NCBI GenBank assembly: GCA_007376405.1
Contig: VMGD01000006.1
Span: forward strand, 19,337-83,336
Reading direction: 5' to 3'
DNA from: Microgenomates group bacterium Gr01-1014_7
Lineage (GTDB): Bacteria > Patescibacteriota > Microgenomatia > Daviesbacterales > UBA10151
Length of the DNA: 64,000 bases
In this document: positions 9,347-17,442 of the stretch, in pieces
How the letters are laid out: every line of letters begins with the position of its first letter
Position numbering within the stretch: position 1 is the stretch's first letter
Made by a program: the position numbers and the translations under genes
The notes under the pieces: generated by a model
Database searches by the model: none
Told to the model about the DNA's origin: nothing
Seen by the model: the letters and a program-made list of their open reading frames with translations, nothing else

Positions 9347-11122
9347 TTATGCCTTTTCTAATAATCGGGCCTTATTGGTTACACGAAACTCAAGTTTTCT
9401 GCCAAACATTAAGGAGGTTTGAGCGTCAATTGCCGGAAGAGATGAAATAGTAATAAGAATAATAGGTACCAAAAGCCACTGCATATATGACCAGATTTTT
9501 TTAAAAATGGACCAATTTTTCGGTCTTTTGGGAACTGTTTTTTCATGAACATAAATGGTGGCAAAAAGTCCAAAAAAGGCAGCAGTCAGTATCCAGGAGG
9601 AAACAATCGGCAAATTTACCGAAAGGACGGAAGCTTTAAAGTTGGGATTAACTAAGGGAATAAGCAAACTGCCAAATGTCACAAAAATAGCCAAAAACCC
9701 CCATTTCAAATCCCCCCAAACTTTAAAGAGTACTCGATCGGTTTTATTCCAGAAATCTATCTCTTTAGTAAAGTATTGTTTGATAATGTAAGGTATATGT
9801 TCAACTCCATATGCCCATCTTTTAATTTGCAAATACTGATTTTGGAAAGTTTTTAAAAGGGTTGTATCTTGAACAGCATCTGCAGAAATAGGCAGAAAAT
9901 GCGGAACAACCTTATAATCTCCGTTAAAATGAAAGTAGGCTTTCCAGTAAAAGCCGTTATCATCATTAACTTTATCAGGAATCCAGCCGCCAATATCCAA
10001 AAGCGCTTTTAGCGAAATAGACATTGAAGAGTAATTCATATATTTGTCAGAACCGACCATTTCGGCCAATTGCCAGAATGAAGTGCCGGCTGCCATCAGT
10101 CTCATCGGGGTAGGAGTCTGCCAATAATTATTATGATATAAAAATACTCCGGTAAAGGTGCGTTTATCTCTTTCGCCCTGAGATAGGGATAAGTATTTAT
10201 GTAAAGCTCCTGCCAGAAACTGTTGATGAATTACAAAATCAGCATCGAGAGTGGTTACAAAAACATCTTCTATTTCGATCCCTTTTGTTTTTAACTGCGG
10301 AACTATTTTATTTATCATCCAGTTTTTATTTGAACCCTGACCTGCTACTTCACCAGGTAAGTTATAAGGATGAATGGTGGTAAAAACCCCGGCAATTTTT
10401 CTCCCTATTTTTTTAAGATACTGCTTTGTCTCAGCAATTTTTTGTGGATTATCCCTTTCTTCAAATCCTACAGCCAAAAGTATTTTATCTTCGGGATACT
10501 TTGAATTTATAATGCCCTCAAAAGTGGGTCCAAGAATATATAATGCTTCTTTGTAAGTTGGGATTAATATTAAATGGTAGTATTTTCCCCAAACACCCGG
10601 AAAATCATTTTGTAAAAGTTGTAACCAATCCTTATCTTTAGCTGATTCCATTTTTTTATATCCGACTATAATTAAAACCCCGATTCGCAGAGCAGTCAGA
10701 AACCAATAAACATCGGCAATCAAAATTAGATAGGCAACCGCGTAGGGAAGAGTGAACGAGAGCCAGACAGGAGAAGTTAAGGCCAGCCAGGTCAAGGCTC
10801 CGGGTAAAATCTCCAAAAATCTTTCAAAGCCGTCTTCATGTTTTAAAACGAACTCTCTTTCCAGATTTCGGAAAAGAATAAATTTTCTGGAAAGAAGGTG
10901 ATGAGAAGTTATTCCCAAACCTGCCCCAATTAAAAAAAAGGCAGCCAGAACATTGACTCCGCCCTCAAGCAATCCTGCGCCAAAAAAACCTGTACAAAAC
11001 CCCGCGATTATAAATATAAATCCAATCAGGCTGTATTTGATATCCTTAATCAGTCTTTGGATTACTTCCGATATATAAAAAAATGACAAAAAGCCAATAA
11101 AAAAGGTCAGTAAAATACGCAT
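9347..11122 (-). CDS. membrane-bound family 2 glycosyltransferase (cellulose-synthase-like topology)
   Basis: N- and C-terminal TM bundles around a cytoplasmic domain containing TTLDADFV (DxD) and QxxRW-like RWAYG. Confidence 0.6.
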   Translation of the reverse strand: MRILLTFFIGFLSFFYISEVIQRLIKDIKYSLIGFIFIIAGFCTGFFGAGLLEGGVNVLAAFFLIGAGLGITSHHLLSRKFILFRNLEREFVLKHEDGFERFLEILPGALTWLALTSPVWLSFTLPYAVAYLILIADVYWFLTALRIGVLIIVGYKKMESAKDKDWLQLLQNDFPGVWGKYYHLILIPTYKEALYILGPTFEGIINSKYPEDKILLAVGFEERDNPQKIAETKQYLKKIGRKIAGVFTTIHPYNLPGEVAGQGSNKNWMINKIVPQLKTKGIEIEDVFVTTLDADFVIHQQFLAGALHKYLSLSQGERDKRTFTGVFLYHNNYWQTPTPMRLMAAGTSFWQLAEMVGSDKYMNYSSMSISLKALLDIGGWIPDKVNDDNGFYWKAYFHFNGDYKVVPHFLPISADAVQDTTLLKTFQNQYLQIKRWAYGVEHIPYIIKQYFTKEIDFWNKTDRVLFKVWGDLKWGFLAIFVTFGSLLIPLVNPNFKASVLSVNLPIVSSWILTAAFFGLFATIYVHEKTVPKRPKNWSIFKKIWSYMQWLLVPIILITISSLPAIDAQTSLMFGRKLEFRVTNKARLLEKA

Positions 11123-11152
11123 AAGTTATCCTTAAGTTTAATTAATTCAAAG

Positions 11153-11965
11153 CTATAAAGCAAATGACCGGACCACATTTTCAGTGGTCTGAGTGGCCAC
11201 CTCATCCAAAGATACCCCTTTTAACTCAGCAACAAGCTGAGCAATCTCTAACATATTGGCCGGTTCGTTTCGCTGTCCCCGTTTTGATTGAGGAGGTAAA
11301 AATGGACAATCAGTTTCCAGGACAATCCGCTCAAGTGGCAGTAATTTGGCAGCTTCCCGTAAATAATCATTTTTTGGGTAAGTCAGATTACCGGCAAAAG
11401 AAACTAAAAAGTTGGTAGTTTGTAGTATGTAGTTGGTAGTATGGGGTAAGCCGGAATAACAATGATAAATTCCAAAGTGATCTTTGGTCATTTCAATAGT
11501 ATCATCCCAAGCCTGTCTACAGTGTACTATTAGCGGAAGCTTTATTTTTTTAGCTAAGTTTATTTGAGCTTTAAACAGTGCTTTCTGTTTGTTTTTTAAG
11601 TTATAAACATTATGACCTTTATAATCGTTATAATTATTATTCTCATAATAATCCAGCCCGCACTCACCAACAGCAACTACTGTTTTGGGATCACTTAGAT
11701 AAATCTGTTCAAGTTGCTCTATTTGATCGTAAGAAAATGTAGAGGATTCGTGTGGATGGATGCCAATGGTAGAGTAAACTTTAAGACCGGGAATATTTGC
11801 AAGTTTACCCTGAACTTGTCGAAGGGCCTCTTTGGATTTTTCAACCTCAACTCCAACATTAATAATAGTAGTAATTCCGGCATTAATAGCGCGCTTAATT
11901 ACTTCATCAAAATCCTCTTTAAAATCCTCCCAATATAAATGTGCATGTGTATCAGTTAGATTCAT
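11153..11965 (-). CDS. tatD: TatD family metal-dependent DNase/hydrolase
   Basis: MNLTDTHAHL, VAVGECGLDYY, HCYSG and LETDCPFL motifs. Contains an unusual repetitive segment LPHTTNYILQTTN. Confidence 0.9.
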   Translation of the reverse strand: MNLTDTHAHLYWEDFKEDFDEVIKRAINAGITTIINVGVEVEKSKEALRQVQGKLANIPGLKVYSTIGIHPHESSTFSYDQIEQLEQIYLSDPKTVVAVGECGLDYYENNNYNDYKGHNVYNLKNKQKALFKAQINLAKKIKLPLIVHCRQAWDDTIEMTKDHFGIYHCYSGLPHTTNYILQTTNFLVSFAGNLTYPKNDYLREAAKLLPLERIVLETDCPFLPPQSKRGQRNEPANMLEIAQLVAELKGVSLDEVATQTTENVVRSFAL

Positions 11966-13374
11966 ATACGGGGAAAAAGTGGCGGAGCTGATTTAATTTG
12001 GCCACTAAATTGTTTTAAGATTTTTTCTGCAGTTTCAGGTAAAAATGGCTGTAGATTAAAAGCTATAATTCTTATTTTTCCCACTAGATATAAAAGGATT
12101 TTTTTTACCTCTTCTCCTTCTAACTCCCACGGTTTTTCTTGATTAATTTTTTTATCTGCGTCGGTAATTTCTCCCCAAATATGAGTTAAAGCCTCATTAA
12201 ACTTAAATTCCAATAAAGATTTCTCCATATCTGGATCAAACTGCGTTGGTGGTTCCGGGGCACTAATACTGTTTTGCTCACAAAGCCTGGCTACTCGGGC
12301 CACTAAATTACCTAAACCATTGGCCAAATCCGCATTATAAATTTCTTTAAATCGCTCAATTGTAAAATCACCATCAGTATCAATCGGTATTTGTGAGAGC
12401 ATATAATATCTCAGTGGTTCTAATCCAAATTCTTTGACAAAATCCTGGGGTGAAATAACATTACCCAAAGACTTACTAATTTTTGCGCCTTTAAGATTGA
12501 CAAATCCGTGGATTAAAATTTGTTTTGGTAAGGGTAGTTTTGCGGATAAAAGCATGGCCGGCCAATATACAGTATGGAACCTGTTAATATCTTTCCCGAT
12601 AATATGCAAATCTGCCGGCCACCATTTTTTCCATTTTTCGCCGTCCCACCCAAAGCCGATTCCTGTCATATAAATATTTAAAGCATCGTACCAAACATAA
12701 ATTTTCTGATTGGTATCTCCCGGGACAGGCACTCCAACTCCTCTTGCCCGCTCATTTGATCTGGAAATACTGAAATCCTCAAGACCGGATTTAATAAACG
12801 AGAGAGCTTCAGCCCGTTTATTTTCTGGAATTATTTTTAATTGATTGCCTTCTATTAATTTAATTAGCTGCTTTTGGTATTTTGAAAGTTTAAAAAAATA
12901 ATTTTCTTCGGAAACTTGCTGCGGTTTTGTCTGATGCTGGGGACACAAGCCACCAACTAATTCTCCTCTGGTTTTAAAAGCTTCGCATCCAACACAATAC
13001 AAACCCTCGTATGCCTTTTTATAAATGTCTCCGGCTGTATCGCACAGTTTCCAGAGTTTTTGTACGCCGGGCCAGTGCTTATGCTTATCCGAACCTCTTT
13101 GAAAAAAGTCTAAATGTACTCCTAAAAATTCATAAGTATCATGCCAGATTTTGGAATTACGGTCTAAGAACTGCTGAACTGGGATTCCTTCTTTTTCTGC
13201 AGCCTGTACATTTTTTAGAGCATTTTCATCTGCCCCTGAAAGAAGCAGGGTTTCATAACCGATCAACTGGTAATATTTTCTGATAGTATCTGCCTGGAAA
13301 TATTCCAGAGAATGGCCAATATGAGGTAGTCCATTTACGTATGGTATAGCTGTTGTTAAATAGAACTTTTTCAT
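11962..13374 (-). CDS. metG: methionine--tRNA ligase (short form)
   Basis: PYVNGLPHIGHSLEY (HIGH), zinc knuckle CVGCEAF...CPQH, KISKSLGN (KMSKS). Confidence 0.95.
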   Translation of the reverse strand: MKKFYLTTAIPYVNGLPHIGHSLEYFQADTIRKYYQLIGYETLLLSGADENALKNVQAAEKEGIPVQQFLDRNSKIWHDTYEFLGVHLDFFQRGSDKHKHWPGVQKLWKLCDTAGDIYKKAYEGLYCVGCEAFKTRGELVGGLCPQHQTKPQQVSEENYFFKLSKYQKQLIKLIEGNQLKIIPENKRAEALSFIKSGLEDFSISRSNERARGVGVPVPGDTNQKIYVWYDALNIYMTGIGFGWDGEKWKKWWPADLHIIGKDINRFHTVYWPAMLLSAKLPLPKQILIHGFVNLKGAKISKSLGNVISPQDFVKEFGLEPLRYYMLSQIPIDTDGDFTIERFKEIYNADLANGLGNLVARVARLCEQNSISAPEPPTQFDPDMEKSLLEFKFNEALTHIWGEITDADKKINQEKPWELEGEEVKKILLYLVGKIRIIAFNLQPFLPETAEKILKQFSGQIKSAPPLFPRI

Positions 13375-13382
13375 AGTGTGGA

Positions 13383-13730
13383 TTATACTCTAATCTCTCT
13401 AATCCTTCTAATCCGTCTATTCCTTCTGAAATAACTCACCAGCAGCCCCACAGCAGTTATAATTATTATAACCGTTATAATATTTATCGAATTTAAAGCC
13501 TTTAGCATTAGCAGCAAGAGTGTCCCTAAAGATAGAGATGAAGATATGAAAATATTTTTAAAGATTAAATTTAAACTAAAGGATATTGCCAAAAAAAGCG
13601 GAATAAAAAATGAAATTAGCTGAAAACCGGAAGCCCCTGCTAAATTATCAGGATAAGGAATCTGAAAAACAACTAAAACAAAAATCCCCCAAAAAATTAA
13701 TGCTGGAATTAATTTCAGGATTATATTCAT
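13383..13730 (-). CDS. small membrane protein, hypothetical
   Basis: 115 aa, mostly hydrophobic with a basic C-terminus. Confidence 0.35.
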   Translation of the reverse strand: MNIILKLIPALIFWGIFVLVVFQIPYPDNLAGASGFQLISFFIPLFLAISFSLNLIFKNIFISSSLSLGTLLLLMLKALNSINIITVIIIITAVGLLVSYFRRNRRIRRIREIRV

Positions 13731-13766
13731 TATAACTATTATGATAATTATATAATTTATTCTTGA

Positions 13767-15926
13767 TCAGGTGCCAACCACTTCAAAGGTAGAGCCACCT
13801 GAGTTTTTGGAAACTTCAATTCTGACCGGGAATTCTTCTTTCAGTTCTTCCAGATGGGTGATGATAAGAATTTTTTCAAAGTCATTTTTTATTGTATCCA
13901 GCACTTCTACAATTCTGGTCCGACCCTCTGCATCTTGTGTTCCAAACCCTTCATCAATTACCAAAAATTGCAATTTTGCCCCGGCTCTTCTGGTTAAAAG
14001 TTTCGACAGAGCAATTCGGATTGCAAAATTTACCCTGAACGCTTCCCCTCCTGAATATAAAGAATACTCTCGTTCGCCCATCTCATCGGAAATAATAATG
14101 TCCAGGGTTTCCACAATTCCTTTTTCCCCGTCCTCCATTTTAGTTTTGGTTTCTTTTTGGGTTTGCAAGCGTATATTCATCCGGCCGGAAGTTAGTTTAG
14201 CCAGCAGTCTGTTGGCTTCCGTCTCTATTTCAGGAATGGCAGTTTCAATAATCATGGCCTGAATCCCCTTTTTTCCAAAAGCCAAAGTTAGCTCCTCAAA
14301 GCCTCCTTTTTCTTTTTCCAGATTATTTTTTTCGAGTTTTTTTTGCTCAAATAATTTTTCCAGCTGCTCGGAGCGGCTAATCAGTTCGGTTGCCTGTCCC
14401 AGTAAATTTCTGGCTTCTTTTTCTTCTGTCCTTAATTTGTTTAACTCCAGCTCTTTTTGATTAACTTGAATTTCCAGTTTAGTTAAATCATCAGCCAAAT
14501 TAGGCAGTTTATTTAAATCCTGCTCCAATTTTTCAATTTGGGATTTTTTATTTTTAAACAGTTCCCGCAGCTCTACCACCACTTTTTTCTCGGATTCTAG
14601 CGTTGCCTGGTCAGCAATCAGTTTTTCTCTTTTACCCTGCAGAAGTGAGATTTCCTGAAGTTTTTTTAAGGTTTCCTGGTATTTATGGTCATCTAATTTT
14701 ATGGAACTGCTTTCCGTTTGAAGTTTTAGGATTGCTTTTTCTTCATCATCAGTTTTAATCCCGCTGATAATTTTTTCTAATTCTTTAATCTTTAATCTTA
14801 AATCTTTAATCACTTTGTGCTTATTATCTTTTCCAATTTCTTGTCCGCAAGTTGGGCAATTGGCAAATTCTTTGCTCAAAGCTTCAAGATGGGATTTAAT
14901 TTCCTCTAATTTTTTTCCTAAATTTTCTCTTTCCTGGTTTTTTAAAGCCAGTGCCGATTTTATTTTAGTTAATTTATTTTCCAGCTCTAATTTTTTTTGG
15001 GAGAAAGTTGTATATTCTTCTTTTTCTTTTTCTAAAATCTTTAGTTTTTTTAATTTTTCCTCAAAGCCCGGCAGTTCTTCCAATTCTTTTTCCAGAGTTT
15101 TTATTTTGCCTGCTCTCATCTTTCCCTGGGAAAGAATCTCATTTAGCTCGGTTTGTAAACCAGTTAGAGTTTGTTTTAATTTATTCTGCTGTCCATAGGT
15201 GGCATTTAAGGCAGCTTTTGTTTCAATTTGGCTTTTTAACTCTTTTTCTAAAGAGCTAATTTTTATCTCTATTTCAGTTATTTTTTTCTCCGCTAAAATT
15301 TTCTTTTCTTGACTGGCTTCTTTTTGGGACAGTTCTGCCTCTATTTCCAAAAATTGGTATTCCAAAAGTTTTAATTTACTTGTCAAATCTTTAACTTTCT
15401 CTTTGGCTTTTTCTTCCAGCTTGTCATAATGGGATAGTCCCAAAATATCTGCCAAAATCCTTTTCCTGTCGGTTGGACCTTTGGTGGTAAATTCATCGGC
15501 ATGTCCCTGACGCAGGAATGAGGAATTGGTAAAAGTTTCAAAAGTAAGATGCAGAGTATCAATAATTTTTTGCTGGGTGGTTTTGATGATTCCTTCTGTT
15601 AAATTATTTTTGCCTGACCAAAATTCCAGCGCGCTTGAGCCCCCATGTTTTAGCGACCGCTGTCTTTTTACAATGAATGTATGTCCATCCAGTGAAAAGC
15701 TAAATTCGACAAACATATTTTGAGCGCCAAGATGGACAAGCTGGTCGGATGAATCCCCGGCCCGTGATGTCCCCCAAAGACACCAGGTTATTGCATCCAG
15801 CAGAGAGGATTTCCCGGCTCCGTTTGGTCCGGAAATAGCAGCCAGATGAAATTTAGTAAATCTAAGTTCCGGTACATTTTCTCCGTAACTTGTAAAATTT
15901 GATAACGTTAATTTAACTGGTATCAT
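13767..15926 (-). CDS. sbcC: SbcC-like SMC-family ATPase (exonuclease SbcCD subunit C)
   Basis: Walker A SGPNGAGKSSLLDAI, long coiled coil with central CPTCGQ zinc hook, signature SGGEAFRVNFAIRIAL, Walker B LVIDEGFG. Confidence 0.85.
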   Translation of the reverse strand: MIPVKLTLSNFTSYGENVPELRFTKFHLAAISGPNGAGKSSLLDAITWCLWGTSRAGDSSDQLVHLGAQNMFVEFSFSLDGHTFIVKRQRSLKHGGSSALEFWSGKNNLTEGIIKTTQQKIIDTLHLTFETFTNSSFLRQGHADEFTTKGPTDRKRILADILGLSHYDKLEEKAKEKVKDLTSKLKLLEYQFLEIEAELSQKEASQEKKILAEKKITEIEIKISSLEKELKSQIETKAALNATYGQQNKLKQTLTGLQTELNEILSQGKMRAGKIKTLEKELEELPGFEEKLKKLKILEKEKEEYTTFSQKKLELENKLTKIKSALALKNQERENLGKKLEEIKSHLEALSKEFANCPTCGQEIGKDNKHKVIKDLRLKIKELEKIISGIKTDDEEKAILKLQTESSSIKLDDHKYQETLKKLQEISLLQGKREKLIADQATLESEKKVVVELRELFKNKKSQIEKLEQDLNKLPNLADDLTKLEIQVNQKELELNKLRTEEKEARNLLGQATELISRSEQLEKLFEQKKLEKNNLEKEKGGFEELTLAFGKKGIQAMIIETAIPEIETEANRLLAKLTSGRMNIRLQTQKETKTKMEDGEKGIVETLDIIISDEMGEREYSLYSGGEAFRVNFAIRIALSKLLTRRAGAKLQFLVIDEGFGTQDAEGRTRIVEVLDTIKNDFEKILIITHLEELKEEFPVRIEVSKNSGGSTFEVVGT

Positions 15927-16037
15927 ATAAAGGTATGAATTTTATCAATTAAAAATCCTTCCATTGTTTTGCAAGTATAATCAACAAAGAGATATTTGAC
16001 AACGGTCCTATAATGTGATAGTATTGCAGTATTAAAT

Positions 16038-16628
16038 ATGCTAGAAACAGGAAATTATATTTTCCTTCCATATACTGATGCTGAAAAAGAAATCCTTATT
16101 GCAGATGGAGCTGCAGTTTATTTATTGGAAGGACAATCTATCGGTAGTCAAAGAAGGGGTGGAAGAAGGTTTTGGTCAGATTGGCACAAAGGCCATCCAA
16201 TAGAAGATATAACCTCAAGGATTTATGAAGTAGCTATTTGGCCAAATGATTTCTTTGTCCCCAGAACTTTTAATGAACCCAAACTCGAACAGGAAGAATT
16301 AGTTAGAGTTAATAGGGAGGAAACTCGATTAAGGTTAGGAATTCCAAATTATACAGAAATTCTACCGGAAGCCCCAGAGGTAACTGAAGTTCTATTTAAA
16401 CACTTTGATTTAACCAGAGTCCGTTTACTTGGGGCAAAATATAAAACAAAAGATGGACACTGGACTCACATTAGAACTAATACTGCTATTAATGAATCCG
16501 GTTCCGTCGTCGCCCATGTCGGTTGCTTCCGCGCTGTCTACGGTCCGGACGTCCACGACTGGTATGCCCGCGAGGGCGATCCTGATCTTGCTGCCGCCCG
16601 CTGGGGAGTGAAATTATTAAGGACTTGA
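16038..16628 (+). CDS. DGR1 target (variable) protein; VR at C-terminus
   Basis: 196-aa ORF whose last ~36 codons (16498-16605) are the variable repeat paired with the TR at 16928-17035. Confidence 0.8.
   Translation: MLETGNYIFLPYTDAEKEILIADGAAVYLLEGQSIGSQRRGGRRFWSDWHKGHPIEDITSRIYEVAIWPNDFFVPRTFNEPKLEQEELVRVNREETRLRLGIPNYTEILPEAPEVTEVLFKHFDLTRVRLLGAKYKTKDGHWTHIRTNTAINESGSVVAHVGCFRAVYGPDVHDWYAREGDPDLAAARWGVKLLRT
16498..16605 (+). repeat. DGR1 variable repeat (VR)
   Basis: 108-bp repeat at the 3' end of the target ORF. Differs from the TR at 16 positions: 15 where the TR has A, plus 1 non-A at the 5' edge. Ends in the GC-rich IMH-like gctgccgcccgctggg. Confidence 0.85.
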
Positions 16629-16927
16629 ATTTTGGTTTCTTGGTAATTTTGGATTTTTACTTCTTGGTTTTCCGAATTTTTTCTGATAAATTATCTAAAG
16701 TAGGCAGTGAGGAGTTAAACAAGTTTTTAGCTTCCGCCTATTTCTAGAATCTTTCATAGCCGGAGCCATGCACCAATTGGTTTATGGGGGTGCTTAAGGA
16801 AATTTTACTAGACACTCCGGATATTTCTCTTTGTTCTTGTACCAGACGGTGCAGGGCGGATAAAATACAGTGGAAAGAGCGATCAATCCACAGTGAGTTT
16901 TTGTACGGAGAGATATTCTGTAAACGG

Positions 16928-17035
16928 CCGGTTCCTACGTCGCCAATGTCGGTTACTTCAACGCTGACAACGGTCCGAACGTCAACAACTGGAATGCCCG
17001 CAAGAGCAATCCTAATCTTGCTGCCGCCCGCTGGG
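16928..17035 (+). repeat. DGR1 template repeat (TR)
   Basis: Non-coding copy of the VR. In the VR frame it reads GSYVANVGYFNADNGPNVNNWNARKSNPNLAAARW, with many AAC/AAT codons. Carries A wherever the VR differs. Confidence 0.85.
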
Positions 17036-17059
17036 TAGTTTCTAGAAATTTTAAAAGAT

Positions 17060-17420
17060 TCAGGGTAAGTTTTGCTTGGTGGAACGAATCCATCCGCCAA
17101 GCATCTTGCCTATTTCTTGCAAGTATCCTTGCAGCTCCAAATAATGCTTATCTTTTAAAGCAAGGCTATCTTTGGCAAGTCTTAAAAGAATTTTTAATAA
17201 ATCTAGTTTTATGCTTATTTGTTGTAAGGTAGATATTTTGTTATTTGAGGTTGGAATTGATAAAAGCAGTTCAAAGATTTCCAGGGTTAAATTATCCAAT
17301 TTTTGACCAAGAGTATACTTTTTAGTTTTAGGAAATTTAATGATTAAATAACTTAGGTTTTGATAAAAATCGTAGAGTTTAGCAAAAATCGGGATGTCAA
17401 GGCTAGAGACAGGCAGTGTG
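17060..17420 (-). CDS. avd: DGR1 accessory variability determinant (Avd-like four-helix-bundle protein)
   Basis: Frame open from about 17420 to 17060. Reads ...LDIPIFAKLYDFYQNLSYLIIKFPKTKKYTLGQKLDNLTLEIFELLL...YLELQGYLQEIGKMLGGWIRS, matching the four-helix-bundle/Avd consensus. No canonical in-frame ATG; the ORF caller started it at a TTG (17299). Confidence 0.6.
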
Positions 17421-17428
17421 TGTGTGTG
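17416..17428. repeat. (GT)6.5 dinucleotide microsatellite in the avd1-RT1 divergent intergenic region
   Basis: gtgtgtgtgtgtg lies directly downstream (minus sense) of an out-of-frame ATG (17432-17430). One extra unit would put that ATG in frame with avd1. Confidence 0.9.
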
Positions 17429-17442
17429 GCATTCTTTAAAAG

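Noticed and set aside
15927-16037. Strong sigma70 promoter for the DGR1 target gene
   Set aside because: TATAAT hexamers are present (about 15975 and 16006) but none has a convincing -35 at 16-18 bp spacing, so no promoter is called.
16744-17100. ORFs 16744-17100 (-) and 16784-17038 (+) overlapping the DGR1 TR
   Set aside because: They overlap the TR and the VR-TR spacer in the wrong frame or strand. No protein-like composition. Spurious.
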